DNA from: Asterias rubens
Taxonomy: Eukaryota
NCBI RefSeq assembly: GCF_902459465.1
Contig: NC_047063.1
Location: forward strand, 15,066,001-15,130,000
DNA: 64,000 nucleotides
Direction of reading: 5' to 3'
Below the pieces are notes generated by a model. The model was not told the origin of the DNA. It saw only the letters and a list, made by a program, of their open reading frames with translations, and did not search any database. Positions 63,201-64,000 of this stretch are shown here, one piece after another. A program made the position numbers and the translations under genes. Every line of letters begins with the position of its first letter. Position 1 is the stretch's first letter.

Positions 63201-64000
63201 CACATTTTGTTGATGATGAAATAATTGCCTTTGTATAAAAAGTAGGACAAATTACATGAAGGAGACTTGTCAAGTGATTTCCAGCTTTCCACAATGGTTA
63301 AGATTTCTTTGTTGTGACTATTGACAGCTCAATGAACAGACCAACTTTGTGAAGAAACATGTACAAGGTTTTTCTTTTATCTACTGACACAATCAGCGTG
63401 ATTATTCACATTGTGTGTGGACAGTCTTAGATAAGTATTATGGGATAGTGTTTGCATTCTTGGCATATCACCACTTCACTTTGAAAAGGTCCAAAGAATA
63501 GTTGGTCATTCACTGAAGTGTAGGATTGCAAGTTTATTTAAAGCTGTCTGGTGAAGTGTTTAATGCATTTATTGACAGGTACGCATGTAATCAAAATCTG
63601 GTGGTGAGTAATGGAATATTTATTCTCAAGAACCTGTGTGCAAGTCTTAATTATGATTGAAAAATGTATTCTTTGGTTTTTAAAACACAACTTACATTGA
63701 TTGACAGGAAAACAAGAAACGCCCTGAAATGACCAGTTTTCAGTAAAGTGAAACATTTTTATTAAAATTTTACTTGCAGACAAAATATGAAGCCCATCAA
63801 CATAGGGTTAAATACATGTATCTCAGTTAATTGAGTGTCGACTTATTTTAAAAGCGTTGTTGGTTCAAAGCCTGCTCTTGTACATTTTTGCTCAAAACAT
63901 TATAACTTCTGTTTTTAAAAATGCCAGTAAATAGATCAAATGGTGTCAATTATTAATATAAAACTGTATGTACTACACGTTCTAAATGCTACTTGTTTTC

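Overview
AT-rich eukaryotic (metazoan) genomic DNA with one assembly gap (5319-5496). The repeat content looks like a sea star or other echinoderm; this is pattern recognition, not a search result. There are no operons, rRNA genes, true tRNA genes or CRISPR arrays, and nearly all ORF-track entries are spurious. The one recognisable gene is a sarcospan (SSPN; CD20/MS4A-like) homologue on the minus strand. It has a coding exon at 30857-31279, an 87-nt exon at 7660-7746 that the ORF track misses, a 23.1-kb intron between them, and a likely 5'UTR exon near 31.8-32.1 kb. Its last coding exon was not found. The rest is intronic/intergenic and contains about 24 TTAA-flanked Kolobok/T2-type MITEs in six related families, tRNA-derived SINEs, hAT-like and foldback elements, and several tandem arrays. 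The best leads are a minimal type I hammerhead ribozyme motif sense to the SSPN intron, a duplicated out-of-frame splice acceptor at the 87-nt exon, a MITE whose TIRs carry CTCF-like motifs inside a CpG-rich region at 50-56 kb, a 38-bp dimeric higher-order array, a 12x minisatellite derived from MITE sequence, and an unexplained antisense exon-like segment at 5620-5811. I see no evidence of a large new multi-gene system.
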